A DNA stretch of 63,055 bases, the filler included, from Octopus bimaculoides (lineage: Eukaryota), in the NCBI RefSeq assembly GCF_001194135.2. It is 6 parts of 6 records of this genome, joined end to end, with 100 filler letters (N's around TTAATTAATTAA, not from the genome) between each part and the next. Parts side by side here need not be neighbours in the genome. Positions count along the whole stretch, not along the records: positions 32,749 to 52,250 come from NC_068981.1; 5 more parts are not named here. One strand, written 5' to 3'. Of the stretch, positions 38,861 through 52,031 are shown in pieces. A program made the translations under genes and the position numbers. Each line of letters begins with the position of its first letter. Within the stretch, counting starts at the first letter, position 1. The notes under the pieces were generated by a model that was not told the DNA's origin, made no database searches, and saw only the letters and a list, made by a program, of their open reading frames with translations.

Positions 38861-39628
38861 ACAAAGCGTGTAAAGTTTGTTTCCCCTCATTGTCAGTTGT
38901 AGCTAATGTCGGCTTTGTTACCAATACTCGAACTTTTTAAAGCCGACACTCCATATCAGAGAATTTCAGAAAGCTATACGGTAAAAGTTATGTTTTAGGC
39001 GCTTTTAGAAGTAGGATCTTCAATTGTATTGTACAGAAGTATCTTTTAATGAAGTTTGCTAAATATTATCATTGATGGTGAATGACATAACCTTGAATCC
39101 TTTAACTTAGGCACACAGACACACTCACACGTTCACTCATGCACACACACACATACACGCACACACATACACACACACTTATACCCAATCATACACAAGC
39201 ACATACGTACTATATGTATAAAATTACTGCATAATACTCTCTCTCCCTCCCCCTCTCTCTCACACACAGGCATATAAAGTTCGTGTTGGTATTATATAAT
39301 CTCTGATAACTTGCTCTTTTTTAACTATCGATGTAAAGATATGTTACAACTTCTCAAAAATTGGAGTTATATTATTGTTTAGAATTAAGTCATGCATGTA
39401 AAACTTTGTCATCAGCAGTTTTATTTACGGTTGTCGATTTTTTAAGGTTTGCAAAATAATATAAGTAGGTGAAAATGTTAGTTCACTAGCAGATGTGTAA
39501 CTAGTTTAATTGTTGTTGATGTTATTTGACCACTAAGAAATTTAACTTCCTGTTTGTTTTGGCAAGGAGGATGTAGTTAGATGTGCTTATTCAGGTGTGT
39601 CAGCTTTAGATCATGTTGCTTTTAGTAT

Positions 39629-40016
39629 GTGGAAGCGCAATGGCTCATTGGTTAGGGCAGCGGACTCGCGGTCATAGGATCGCGGTTTCGATTCCCAGAC
39701 AGGGCGTTGTGAGTGTTTATTGAGCAAAAACACCTAAAGCTCTATCAGGCTCCAGCAGGGGATGGTGGCGAACCCTGCTGTACTCTTTCACCGCAACTTT
39801 CTCTCACTCTTACTTCCTGTTTCTGTTGTGCTTGTAATTCAAAGGGTCAGCCTTGTCACACTGTGTCACGCTGAATATCCCCGAGAACTACGTTAAGGGT
39901 ACACGTGTCTGTGGAGTGCTCAGCCACTTGCACGTTAATTTCACGAGCATGCTGTTCTGTTGATCGGATCAACTGGAACCCTCGACGTCGTAAGCGACGG
40001 AGTGCCAAATAACTAA
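39629..40016 (+). mobile_element. SINE family C, full length, young
   Basis: Highly similar to 35636-36032; 11-bp TSD GCTTTTAGTAT at 39618-39628 and 40017-40027. Confidence 0.92.
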
Positions 40017-40988
40017 GCTTTTAGTATAGATATTTGGTTATCTTGTGGTTTAGGAGTTCACAAAACAACGTAAGTGGGAAGGTTAGTTTGTCAACATATT
40101 TCTTATGAGGGTTTAATGGCTGCTCTTTTTATTTGATTATTATTAAAAAAAATTATCCTTTGTGTTTTGGGAAGATAGGAAGATAAAGTCTGACTATGCT
40201 GTTATATATATTTCTTCTAATGAGTTTCAAGCGTGGGTATTGGTAAGGAAATTTTTAATACACACACGCACACACACACTCGCGCGCGCACACACACACA
40301 TGCGTGCGCGTGCGTATGTAGTATGTATTTAAGTCTATGTATCTATTTTTGTACTCATTTAGAAGTTTTTATGTTTGCCAAAAAACGACTGATTCAGAGT
40401 TTCAGTTCAGCATTTGATTTCTTAATATGAGAATGTGGTTGGAGTTATTGGTATAAAGTGGGTTGGGTTTGCCGTTTCCTTGATATGGTTGTGCGTGTGA
40501 CAGTATTTTCCAATTAATGCTAAACGGGGTAATCTTCGATTTTAGTGGGCATATGTATTATGATAATGAGGTGTTAGTTTTCCTGTTTGGGTTGTGAAAA
40601 GTATGTGTGCTTTGTTTGTATTGTATTTTGAATTTTCTTACTATATGCCCTATATATGTGAACGTAGTAGATGGTTTAGTATTCGCGGTTCAGTTACGCT
40701 ATTGAACAATATTACTCATGTGACAGTTTCCATTTAGTGGGAAGAATGGAGAGGTTCTGAAGTTGCACTTTTTGCTGGTGTGTGTGTTTTTGGTTTTTAC
40801 CTTCCGAAAGTTTTAAGTGCTTGTAATTGGATACAGTTTATTCCGAGTTGTTAGTTGTGGAATATGATATTTTTGTTGTGTTTGTTTATCAATTTGTTTA
40901 TTAATTTGAAGTTGTAGGTGGAAGCATTGTCACCATCTTTCTCGTGTTCTGCAAAAAGTATTGAAATACTCCCCCCCCACCCCCACCA

Positions 40989-41746
40989 ACATGCATCAGA
41001 GGTGGAATACAAAAACCCATTGACAAATGTTAGTGATTCTGAACGAGAAGGGAGAGATAACTTTAAGAATTTAAAACAAAAATTCTTGAGTGGATTTACA
41101 TGCTGGAGCAAAGTACAGTTTAATCTTCAGTTTTATATAAAACTGTTTTATTATACATCGACATGAAAACAAATATCAATATATGTATATATAGATGCAC
41201 GCATATATTAATATACATGTATTAATATTACATTACAAATACACACGCACACACAAACACACAAACACATTCACACTCACACAAACACACACACACACAC
41301 GTGTGTATATATGTGACTGTAATTTGTCTTTAATCTTTTAATCTTTGTAAATAATTTGGAATTAAAATATATTAACTCGGTGTGTGTAATTGTGTTTATG
41401 CGTCTCTATGTGTCTACGTGTGTATAATCTCATAAGCTGACATACACAGGTACACACATAGACGCATTTATACATAGTTACTGTATATATACATACATAG
41501 GTTTAAATGTACACACACACACTCGCGCGCGCACGCACACACACACGTATATAAGTTAAGAAGATGCACTGAATGGCCGTACACAATAAATTCTTAACTT
41601 TTGAAAGACATGCATCAGAGGTGGAATACAAAAACCCACTGACAAATGTTAGGGATTCTGAACGAGAAGGGAGAGATAACTTCAAGAATTTAAAACAAAA
41701 ATTCTTGAGTGGATTTACATGCAGGAGCAAAGTACAGTTTAATCTT
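40989..41746 (+). repeat. 139-bp direct duplication (40989-41127 and 41608-41746)
   Basis: The two copies differ by 4 substitutions and lie 619 bp apart; both keep the frame HASEVEYKNPLTNV(S/R)DSEREGRDNFKNLKQKFLSGFTC(W/R)SKVQFNL open. Confidence 0.9.
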
Positions 41747-43310
41747 TGTTTGGAAACTGAAGACAACTATGGACATGTGTTTTGGCATAATATATGGCTT
41801 CATCAGTCCTTCCGTGTATAGCATTCAGTTAACCCCTTAATCTAAAATTCCAAATTCATGCCATTGACGCTTAGAGTTGTTTCTTCTTAGCTCATTTTAG
41901 TTTTAATTTTGCACATTACCCTTGACCAAAAATATATGAAATTCTTTCTATATGTAAAATATATATTAAACTTATCTGCAGCGAGTAGAAGTCACTTATT
42001 ATGTTCAGTTTGGAGCAAAGCCTTCTAGATAACAATATCCCTAATTAAAACCATTATGCAGAGCGTATAACAATATCATGAGCGTATTTGAGGTCCACTA
42101 ACTGATGATAATTTGATAAATGTTTGATAATATTACCTGTAATTATAAATAAATGTTAGAGTTCTGGACAATATCGTACGCAGTATTTGTTCCGACTTTC
42201 TGCACTTTCAAATCCCTCTGAGGCCAACGTTTGCCCTTCGCCTTTTGGGGGTCGATAAAAAAACGTACCAGTCTAGAGTAGTGAAGTGTGAGAATTGTTT
42301 GCTTCAGATGTGATGCCTTGCGGTATCTGTTCCAGTTTTGTGATGCTTCTGTTAAGAGTTACGACAGTCAGACAAAAATCGGCAATTTGAAAACACTAAT
42401 GGAAACATAATTTCCATTAGTTCGATCGGAGGATTGACTGCCAACCCCACTACAACCACCACAATAAATAAGCAGCTTTTATAGTATATCATAAGAAGAT
42501 TAAACTGTAGGTTGTTAAACATTAATTTTATCCAATCCACTCCATGTTTATGGAAGAATAAACGGGGTTTAGGGACATTTATTTCATAGACAGTGTTGTC
42601 TCGGCATGGAGATAGAAGGCAAGATACTAACTGCACAAATATAAATATATGAGGGTTTAAGGTTCTGTGTTTCTTTTCTTGCCACTGACACTGTTTTCTA
42701 ATACATTCCAATGCTCAGTCCAACTAGTTGTAAATAAGTACCCAGCACAGTACTGTTGTGAGCAGAAATAGCATTGCATAATTAATTACTGCTAAGTTGT
42801 AGTCCTGATCTTTTTAAAAAGTTAAATCCCTTCTGAGGTGTCGGTTGTGGTGAAGGTAATGGATTCCACCTTGACTAAGTCTTCTAGTGGTGCTTATACT
42901 ATCAAATGTTTTACATAACACTTTTACATATATGCAAGTGTATAAATCTCGTGTGTGTCTAGTGTATCACACTGAACTCACATTTTAGCATGGGAAAGTG
43001 TGTTTGTGTATGAGAGAAAGAGAGATAGAGAGAGAGGAGGGGAGGGAGAGAGAAACTCTTTGTGTATGTAGTGGTTTAGTACTACAAGGACAATAAATTT
43101 GAAAGTTTCCTCATTGTAATATATTTATTTAATTCAACGATAATGTTGGTTTCTTAGATTGACACTGATATCAGATTTATATAGAATTGCACATATATTC
43201 TATAATTAAGTGTAATTCGATTTGTTTCTGAGTAACTTACTCGTTGGCCGTTTATTTATAATTAGTTATTTACTCTCTTCGTAGTCAAGAAGTGTTAGTA
43301 ACTACTTGTC

Positions 43311-43362
<52 letters not shown>

Positions 43363-43498
43363 TAAATTTTGATTTAACTCTTTTCCCCTTTATTATCATT
43401 TTACTTTTGATAAGCAGTATATTAGGTTAATATATTTTGTATTATTGAACTTGTTTCATGAATATTGATCTAAGCTTGTCCTTTTTCCTTGTACATAG

Positions 43499-43600
43499 TT
43501 CGAGGACGTTGTTTACGAGATGTACTGTCCCGATAATCGTTATTACGTTCGTTTCAGATTGTGGCATCATGTTCGTGATGTGACTTTCATGAGAAACAAA
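43499..43600 (+). CDS. Candidate internal coding exon (102 nt, phase 0-0), product unidentified
   Basis: Strong acceptor CTTGTCCTTTTTCCTTGTACATAG; only frame 0 is open (FEDVVYEMYCPDNRYYVRFRLWHHVRDVTFMRNK); donor AAA|GTATCT; GC/CpG island within very AT-rich flanks. Confidence 0.5.
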
Positions 43601-44775
43601 GTATCTAGTTGTCTACGTTTGTTGTATTGTCTGAATGTCTTTTTGAAATTAGTTCTTTTTTATAATACTATTTTGTAGCTATAAGTTATCAGTATTTGTT
43701 AAGTGTTATGTTGTTACTTGTAGTAATAAACAGGTGGATTCCTGAGCAGCGTTTATATTTTTAACGCTATGTACACCGCTGGACTGAATGGTACTGCCGA
43801 GGTATCGAAACCATAGTGATATCCGATAGGGCAGCAGATGACAGGAATGTACATATGTTATGCTCGATTGCGAATTTCTTATTCTTAATCTCGTTATTTT
43901 GGGTTTCTTTTGTCTCTTCATTGAGTGTACGTTTTTATCATTTAAAAAAATTTGTTATATCAATATATTTGTCTGCATGTTTACTTTATGCATACTTCAG
44001 TACTATGTATACCTGCCATGTATTTGTGTACAACATTAATATATAAGTGTGTATGTTTGAAAAGGGGGCGTCTGTCTCCAAAACTCCAAAGTTGAGTAAC
44101 GTTTTAATGCTTAGATTTGTAAACTACGATAAGAATAACACTGGTCAACAAAGAATTTGTCCCAAGGAAAAGAATACCTGTATCTCATATGTTTTTGTAC
44201 GCAGAATTCAAAAATAATGTCAAATTATCTGTATCACCCACAGTTTCTCTGTTCCACGACATCCCTCTAAGTTCCTGTTACGTGGGCTAAATTTCAGTTA
44301 AGCTGTTGAAATGTGAAGCTAACCGTTTAAGAAATACACCTAATTAAATTTTTTATGAATAGAATTAACCTAGTGAAATCATAAATCCAGCTATCTGAGT
44401 CAATGAGTCCCAAAATTATATGAAATGAAAAATATGTAAAAATACTAATACACAGAAAAAGCACAGAAAAATACTAACACACAGAAGTACAGAAAAATAT
44501 GTAATGTACTAACACAAAGAAAAATTAAAAACAAAATACGCGGGTGAAATCAACATAGACAACAGCTGTACAGACAACACTGAACCACAATGCAGCGTAC
44601 GGTTGTCATGGTAACAAGCTGCTAATGCCAGGCTGTCTCATATTCTTTAATTTACAAGATAAAGTAATTAGTTGATCGTAATCAAAATTCAGAGTTGCAT
44701 CGATACACCAAAATTGAAAGCAATCAGCAAAATTAAGGGTGGCTTATTTTGCGAATAACAAATGCTAGATCCAAA

Positions 44776-44831
<56 letters not shown>

Positions 44832-45295
44832 ACTTGGGGACGGTCATATTGCCAGTTTACCCAATAAAAACACACGCACTGTATATTTTGGTGTTAATTT
44901 GCTTCAGCTTTATTTTACATTACATTACATTAATCCTATATATATATAAACTATATAAATACATACGGACAGCTCCCTCTGAATATATGCACACATACAT
45001 ATGTAGACGAATACCGTCACCCACGCTGACCAACTAGCACACCCAGTATCTCCACTTTTTGTACTGACATACGACTCGACGACAACGACGAAGACGACAC
45101 ACCACCACCTCTACCACCGCTTCCACCGCCTCTATCTTTGCCATTCCCACCACCACCGTCGCCGCCTCCGCCTTCTACCTACATCACCATACACGTAGGA
45201 ACATGCTTTGTCTTTGATATCCGTAGTTAATACACCAACAATAGTAGTTGTATTGCGGTTTACTTAACAAATTTTTAATTTAATGACATTGATAA

Positions 45296-45505
45296 GGCGG
45301 TGTGTTGGCAGAGTCGTTAGCACGCTTGAAGAACAGCTTAGCGGCATTTCGTCCGTCTTTGCGTTCTGAGTTCAAATTCTGCCGAGGTCGATTTTGCTTT
45401 TCACCGTCTCAGGGTAAAATAAGTACCAGATGAGTAATGGCGTCGATGTAATCGACTATTCCCCTTCCTCAAATTTCAGGCCTTGTGCCCATAGCAGAAA
45501 GGATT
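45296..45505 (+). mobile_element. SINE family A, full length
   Basis: Head GGCGGTGTGTTGGCAGAGTCGTTAGCACG, GTTCTGAGTTCAAATT, tail CAGGCCTTGTGCC. Confidence 0.85.
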
Positions 45506-45890
45506 TTAATGACATTGGTTCTTATAAACGGATAATTTATTTTATATAAGAGAGTATAGGATCCGACGAAATCGAAAGGAATTTTATATCATATTCTGAC
45601 TTCAGTTTTAGTACTGATTCTTCTTCCCAGAAACTACTCTGTTGTCATTCTGAAAATTTCTTTAAAATAACAGCCATAAATAATCATATATATATATATA
45701 TATATATATACCTTATACAGAAATGTTGACATAGGTAATAAACTGTAATAAACTTTAATATAAATGGATATTAGCGTNNNNNNNNNNNNNNNNNNNNNNN
45801 NNNNNNNNNNNNNNNNNNNNNNNNNNNNNNNNNNNNNNNNNNNNNNNNNNNNNNNNNNNNNNNNNNNNNNTTTTTTTTTTTTTTTTTTTT

Positions 45891-46281
45891 TTTTACTTGT
45901 TTCAGTCATTTGACTGCGGCCATGCTGGAGCACCGCCTTTAGTCGAATCAAATCGACCCCAGGACTTATTCTTTGTAAGCCTAGTACTTATTCTATCGGT
46001 CTCTTTTTGCCGAACCGCTAAGTTACGGAGACCTAAGCACACCAGCATCGGTTGTCAAGCGATGTTGGGGGGACAAACACAGATACACAACATATACACA
46101 CATACACATATATATATACATATATACGACGGGCTTCTTTCAGTTTCCGTCTACCAAATCCACTCACAAGGCTTTGGTCGGCCCGAGGCTATAATAGAAG
46201 ACACTTGCCCAAGGTGCCACGCAGTGGGACTGAACCCGGAACCATGTGGTTCGTAAGCAAGCTACTTACCACACAGCCACT
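45891..46281 (-). mobile_element. SINE family B, full length, young
   Basis: Reverse complement is a clean family B copy with head, CORE-like block, internal (TA/TG)n and long tail. Confidence 0.9.
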
Positions 46282-46390
46282 ATATATGTGTGTGTGTGTG
46301 TATATATATATATCGAACATAAATTGAAAACAGAATACAAAGGATATCGCGGTACACGTGTTTCAAGCTTTATGAACAATTTGTTATTAC

Positions 46391-46495
46391 ATCCACTCAC
46401 AAGGCTTTGGTCGGCCCGAGGCTATAGTAGAAGACACTTGCCCAAGGTGTCACGCAGTGGGAATGAACCCGGAACCATGTGGTTGGTAAGCAAGC
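46391..46495 (-). mobile_element. SINE family B partial copy adjacent to the previous one
   Basis: Near-identical to about 46159-46260. Confidence 0.8.
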
Positions 46496-47409
46496 GGAAT
46501 AAATAACGGAAGGTAATTCTATCCGATATTGCTAACCTGCCTATAGCATCAGTTATAGTCTTTGCATATTTATCCAGAAATATTGATTTCGCTAGAACCA
46601 AGGTAATTTTGCTTACACTTTCTTTTATAATATTCATATTTCGTATTCTAGATTACGAAATGAAATCTACAAGATATTAAAGATAAAAAGTGATTTCTTT
46701 TTTATTTTTGCTAAGGAAATATCAGATAAAAGAAGTAAATACAATATGAATGACAGCGGTTATTGAATTTCTCTTCAGCGAAGGATTACCTGTCTGCTAA
46801 AAATGTAATAAAAAAGTTGAAATGCAAAGCAAAGGCTTACAGTTAACTAACCTTACACAGAATAAATCGACTTAAGAAGGGATCTTGTAGGTAGTTCGAC
46901 CTGCTAGAAATATCAAGCCTTATTGTTTTAAAGAAAAGTAAGAAATCATTGGATAACTTAGTCTAAGGTATGTATAGATTTGTTGACGGCAGAATTGTTA
47001 GACTTGAAAAAAAAAACCTTGCAGTTCGTGTTCTGGGTTTTATCATTCTGCGTTCCAGTTCGACGATGAAATTTGCATTTCATCCTCACTAGGCCGATTA
47101 ATATATACGAAATCTATTGAACTACAGGGGTCGATTTAGCCAAATACAAATTAGTAGCTGTAATCCATAGAGTAGTCCGACGTTGCCTTAAACTTTGTTT
47201 CAGCAGTTCTTGTGAAACAACGGTTATCAACCGTAATAGTCTTTGCCGCCTCACTTTAGACAATATCAGCAGTGTAGAGAGGGCTGATATGTAGCATGAG
47301 CAACTGCAGGTCTTCCATACATCTTTCTCTGATCTATCAACACAAATCAGAGTGTGACTTTCCAGGTACAGATCTATGGAGTCCCGATACTTAAGGATGC
47401 CAAAGAACA

Positions 47410-47474
<65 letters not shown>

Positions 47475-48271
47475 TGTTTGAAAATTAAATGGGATAGTCG
47501 TAGCCGGATTGTCTTTGACTGTAACAAATGGATGAATTCATCTGTCAACTCTTAACCAACTTATTACAAAGGAAAAAAATACTAGATACTTTTCACAGCC
47601 AGAAACCCAGGAAGAGAAGGAAGTACTGAATGAAGAGTTATACTAATAGTATGGTTAGCGTCAGAGTAGCTGAAAGAACAGAGCATTTAGTTTGTGAAAT
47701 TAATAAAGGAGTAATTTGTTGAAAACATGGCATATTTAAATTCAGGCCAGTTAGGCACCAGTGGCTAGATCTTTTAAGAAAGATAATCTATTAACTCTAG
47801 TGTAAGCTGTTGCTTTATATAGTATTTCAAACCGAAAACATTTACTACTCGATTGTCTTGGATGACTCCTATAATATTTCTGACAAAACGCAAGTTATAT
47901 TTTTGATCTTGTAATAATTGGGTTAAGTTTTAATCGTGTAATAATTACGTAACTTCATTGTCCCAAAGAGTTACTAGCTTTTGATACCGCTACAGAAACT
48001 GAACTGAAACTTTGTAATTTGCTAGCACTGACGATACATAACGAAGAATTTGCTGTGTTACTACAAAATGAATTTCCAGATTCAGAAACTTTGATGTCAC
48101 TTCACTTTATTTTGAATAGACAGCATCACCGTGTCAGAACCTACTTTTTAATTGATACATTAAAGTTATGAATATTATAACTACATTCCGACAAATACAA
48201 TATGGCACTTCTAGTTTCGTAACATACTTAATCTTTTTCAAATATTAGTTTCAAATTTCTTATTCAAATAT

Positions 48272-48460
48272 TGGTTTCGGGAAAGAGAAAAGGTCGATTA
48301 TATCGACCCCAATGCTCAAGTGGTACTTATTTTATCGACCCCGAAAGAATGAAAGGAAAAGTCGACCTCTACTAAATTTGAACTCACAATGTGAAAACGG
48401 ACGAAATGTCACTCAACATTTTGCCCGGTATGCTAATGATTCTGCCCGCATGCCGCCTTA
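48272..48460 (-). mobile_element. SINE family A
   Basis: Reverse complement has the head and the CTTTCATTCTTTCGGGGTCGATAAAATAAGTACC block. Confidence 0.8.
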
Positions 48461-49414
48461 ATCTTATTGAAATAACGAACGCGCAAACACACACGCAGAC
48501 AGACACATACACAACCATATACAAAATGTGTGGTGGTGGTATAAAATATCGCTTTCTATAGTTGACTATAGAAAAAAATTTTCGAGGAAATGTTATATTG
48601 TTTTAATCGAAATGAAAAAAATTACATGTTGACACTCGCGGTGTTATTACTTTGTAAAATTTGATTTGATTTGAAGGAGCCGTTTCAAATTGCATAGGGA
48701 ACAGACAGACAGACAGACAGGGAGATGAGAAAATGATGTTGAAATGATGTTGGATTCTTACACCCATGTTAACACGCTCGTCAAATGTTTTTTTTTTTCT
48801 ATAGTTCAACGTAGAATTTTCATTTATGATTTGAGATTTTAGTTGATATATTTTCACTTGAATGACTAATTGCAGTTTTGTTCAACGTAGGTGGAGCCAA
48901 ATAGTCGACTCCTATTTTGCAATAAGCAGTCAATTAAGTTTAAGTTTTTTTTTCATTACCAGAAATAATGTCAGCCTTGCCGTATAAACATATTTGTTCA
49001 ATCTCTATATTGTTTTAAGCTCTCATAAAATAGAGAAATATAATACAGAATATTATTGATATAAAAATAATAACAGTATGACTGAAGTTTACTTCGTAAC
49101 GGTGTGGTTCGGGGTTCGAATTCTTTACATGACGTTTTGGACATAACCTAGGGTCGCCCAGTGTATTGGGAATGGAATTTCGTAGACGGAAACGAAGAAA
49201 TAGCGTGGAAGCATATTGTGTGCGTTCGTACACACACACACACGATGGCTTAGGTAGCCGAAACTTCGAAATCACTGTCAACAACATTCTTGTATCAGAA
49301 TAAAAAATTTGTACCCGACAAAAATAAAAGTAATCCATCCGATTATTGTCAAATTGTTTTTATTATAATTGAACAAAGAAACAAACAATATACATACATA
49401 TATTTATGTATGTA

Positions 49415-49460
<46 letters not shown>

Positions 49461-51129
49461 TATATATATGCATGTATGTATAAATACATATACACACACA
49501 TATCCATGTGTGCGTGCGTGTACATATATACATATATGTGTATATACATATATGTGTATATACATATACATAAATACATACGCACATACACACAAAACGG
49601 CGTTAGTTTCGAATAACTGCAACATTTATTAAGCAGTGGTAACTCTACATGTATTTGTTTGAAATCCTTAGCTATGGGGATTGAGATAATAAGAAAGCAT
49701 CCCTTTCTTCTTTTAGACAAACAGAATAGTAATTGGGTAATCCCCTTAGTGATCTATTTCGACATAGTTGTCCCTTAACAGGAACGTTGAATCATTGTTC
49801 TTCGGCTGCCTAGAGAACTTTAAATTCACTATACTATCTCTTGCGTCGTAGCTAGCAGATAGAAGAAAACAACATACCATTCCTTGCAGAGAAAAAAAAA
49901 GCGGATAAGCAAATAACAATAATCTATAATTTTTCTCATTTATATGCTGACGTTTCTTAAAAATGAATCTTGATGTTGATCTCTTCAGGCACAGCTATCG
50001 TTTATAGTTACAATGTAAATATAGTCTCATCTTTTGTTACCGTTTGTTTTAATGACAAAGGAAGTAATATTTCTCATCTCATCCGCTATTAATAAAAAAA
50101 AAAATGACCGCAGCCATATGTAAATTGCCGCATATTACCTCTCCGCCGATGTTTCCACAGGTCAAATTTCTAATAATTTATTCGAAGCAAACAAAATAAA
50201 TTCAACTTCGTTTGTTTTCATGAGTTTATATGAATTCTTCCATGTTTAACAGTGAGTTATTCGGGAGAAAGTTCGTCAGAAATTTGAAGACAACATTTCA
50301 GTGATTCAAGACTAGTCCACATACACTGTATCCTGCTCTTTTTTCCACTGAAAATGGAGCAAAAAATCAGTAGGGATTTAGAAAAGAGTAATGGTTTAAA
50401 ATATACAGTGCTGGACTAACTTTGAGATATCTATTTGATAATAATGGTTTCGAACCGTGCTGAGATGCATTTTGAATGGAGACAAGTCAGCGGTATATAA
50501 CACTATCAAAACAAGAAAGAATATATGTCTTCCTTGTTAGCAGAATTTGAAACAGGCTCCAATTCTATGAACCTGTTTTCAGAAATACCCACCTTCAAAC
50601 AAAATGTACAAACTAAACGGATACACACACAAACACACACACATATGCACACACGTATACGTTTCCACGCAAGAATTTCAGTAGAAGATTGGCAGAATCA
50701 CTGCTGGAGCGTTGGACAAATGATTAGTGATGTACTTGGGGCGGGTACTATTTATACTCTTATAATGCACCCAAGACGGGAAAACAGAATTTAAGACCCC
50801 AATATCATATAGTTTCGTAGTTATGTGCTACATAGAATTCTCTTTCAATGCTGGTGAAATAACGTGCCTATTTGTGCATTTATTGCTGTAAACCTAATAG
50901 AGGAACACATAAAAAATATAATAAAACAGAACATAAAATTCCTTTAATCAAACCATAAACTAGCACAAATAATATATTACAAAACACTATTGTTATCAAT
51001 GAGAAAATATAATCATGTAACCCCCCGCGAATAAGCAACAAATTACCAATGTAATTTATGCATCCTGTCACGGATGTGAAAGCTTTTAAATGTCACGTTT
51101 ACAAATGTTACATTGGCTATACAGATACG

Positions 51130-51345
51130 ATACTTCCTCGTTGACTAAGCTTGCACTTACAACAAGGAGCAATTGTGTTGCAGTACACCGCACAACACAA
51201 AACAGCTCTGGTTACTTCATCTTTCTGTTTATATAATTTACGTTGTACCAGATCTCTGTAAAACGTAGGCATAAACACTGGATATAATGATCGAGGACAA
51301 AGAAAGGAAGTGTGCATAATTGTAGAAATTAATTGTCCTAACAGA
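51130..51345 (+). pseudogene. Highly decayed R4/Dong-like LINE zinc-knuckle/RLE fragment
   Basis: Frameshifted remnants TSSLTKLALTTRSNCVA (cf. SSC..LA..Y..RHN.VA) and ..DIMIEDKERK..CIIVEINCP, paralleling the intact motif at 55064-55476. Confidence 0.5.
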
Positions 51346-51429
51346 TTCACACAAACTATTTATATCTGCATTCGCACACATACGTATAAGTATTAGTATA
51401 GACATTTACCATTTCACACTTTTACTCTT

Positions 51430-51856
51430 TTACCTGTTTCACTCTGCAAGCTGGGGGTCATACTGCACCGCTGCCATTGTTGTCACTACACTTTTACTCA
51501 TCTCTACCCTTTAGTGGTTTTTTGGTAAATGCAGGAGTTCAATGTTGCTGCCCTCACTTACGTTTCTTGCTGTGAGGTAGGTTCATCCGGAATCCTAGAT
51601 AGTAGGACGTCCCGTTATTTCTTGAAAACATCTACGTCTATACCATGTAGATGTTCTCAAGCTGTTGCTACATCTGATCCTAAATCTACGTGGTAAAGGT
51701 GGTACCTTTGGCATTATGCAATGGTGTCCTGTTCTGTGATTTTTATTGCTCTGAATGCCAAAGTTTAGTGCAAACCCTTTAAAAATCTTCCAGACATATT
51801 TTACTGCATATCTTTCCGGTCTTCGCTCCAAAGAATAAGGTTTTAATTATTTTAGT
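51430..51856 (-). pseudogene. CR1/L2-group LINE 3' end (ORF2 C-terminus + 3' UTR)
   Basis: LKPYSLERRPERY..YVWKIFKG...NFGI....RTG.HC..PK..; later ..DV..FK....SRIPDEPTS; typical LYSLERRRERY motif of CR1/L2-like RT tails. Confidence 0.7.
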
Positions 51857-52013
51857 ACCCTGAGAACTCTTCCTATATCCTTTTTGTTCCCTTGGTAGTA
51901 TTTCTTCCTGTGCCAAGAAAGTATATGTCTTTGTCGCATATATTCCAGTGAGTAACATCCAGATAATGTTTAGGCATGCTATGGGATGGTAGTTTCCCAC
52001 AACATTCCCCTTT
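51851..52013 (-). pseudogene. R4/Dong-like LINE reverse-transcriptase fragment (domains 0-2)
   Basis: KGNVVGNYHPIACLNIIWMLLTGI....Y..L....ILPREQKGYRKSSQGTK matches NYRPIACLN..WKLLTGI..L.P.EQKGCR...GTK; begins in an (AAT)n tract. Confidence 0.8.
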
Positions 52014-52031
52014 ATTATTATTATTATTATT

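Noticed and set aside
42352-43800. Short peptide echoes of CFAP20 (SILPSI, LQFNLL, GFLSSVY)
   Set aside because: Different frames and strands, not colinear; CFAP20 is extremely conserved, so a real copy would be obvious.
47114-47400. Stop-free minus-strand frame with an AG/GT-bounded segment (YRDSIDLYLESH..LILSK)
   Set aside because: No recognisable motif; the ORF starts in a microsatellite and ends in SINE-like sequence; chance cannot be excluded.
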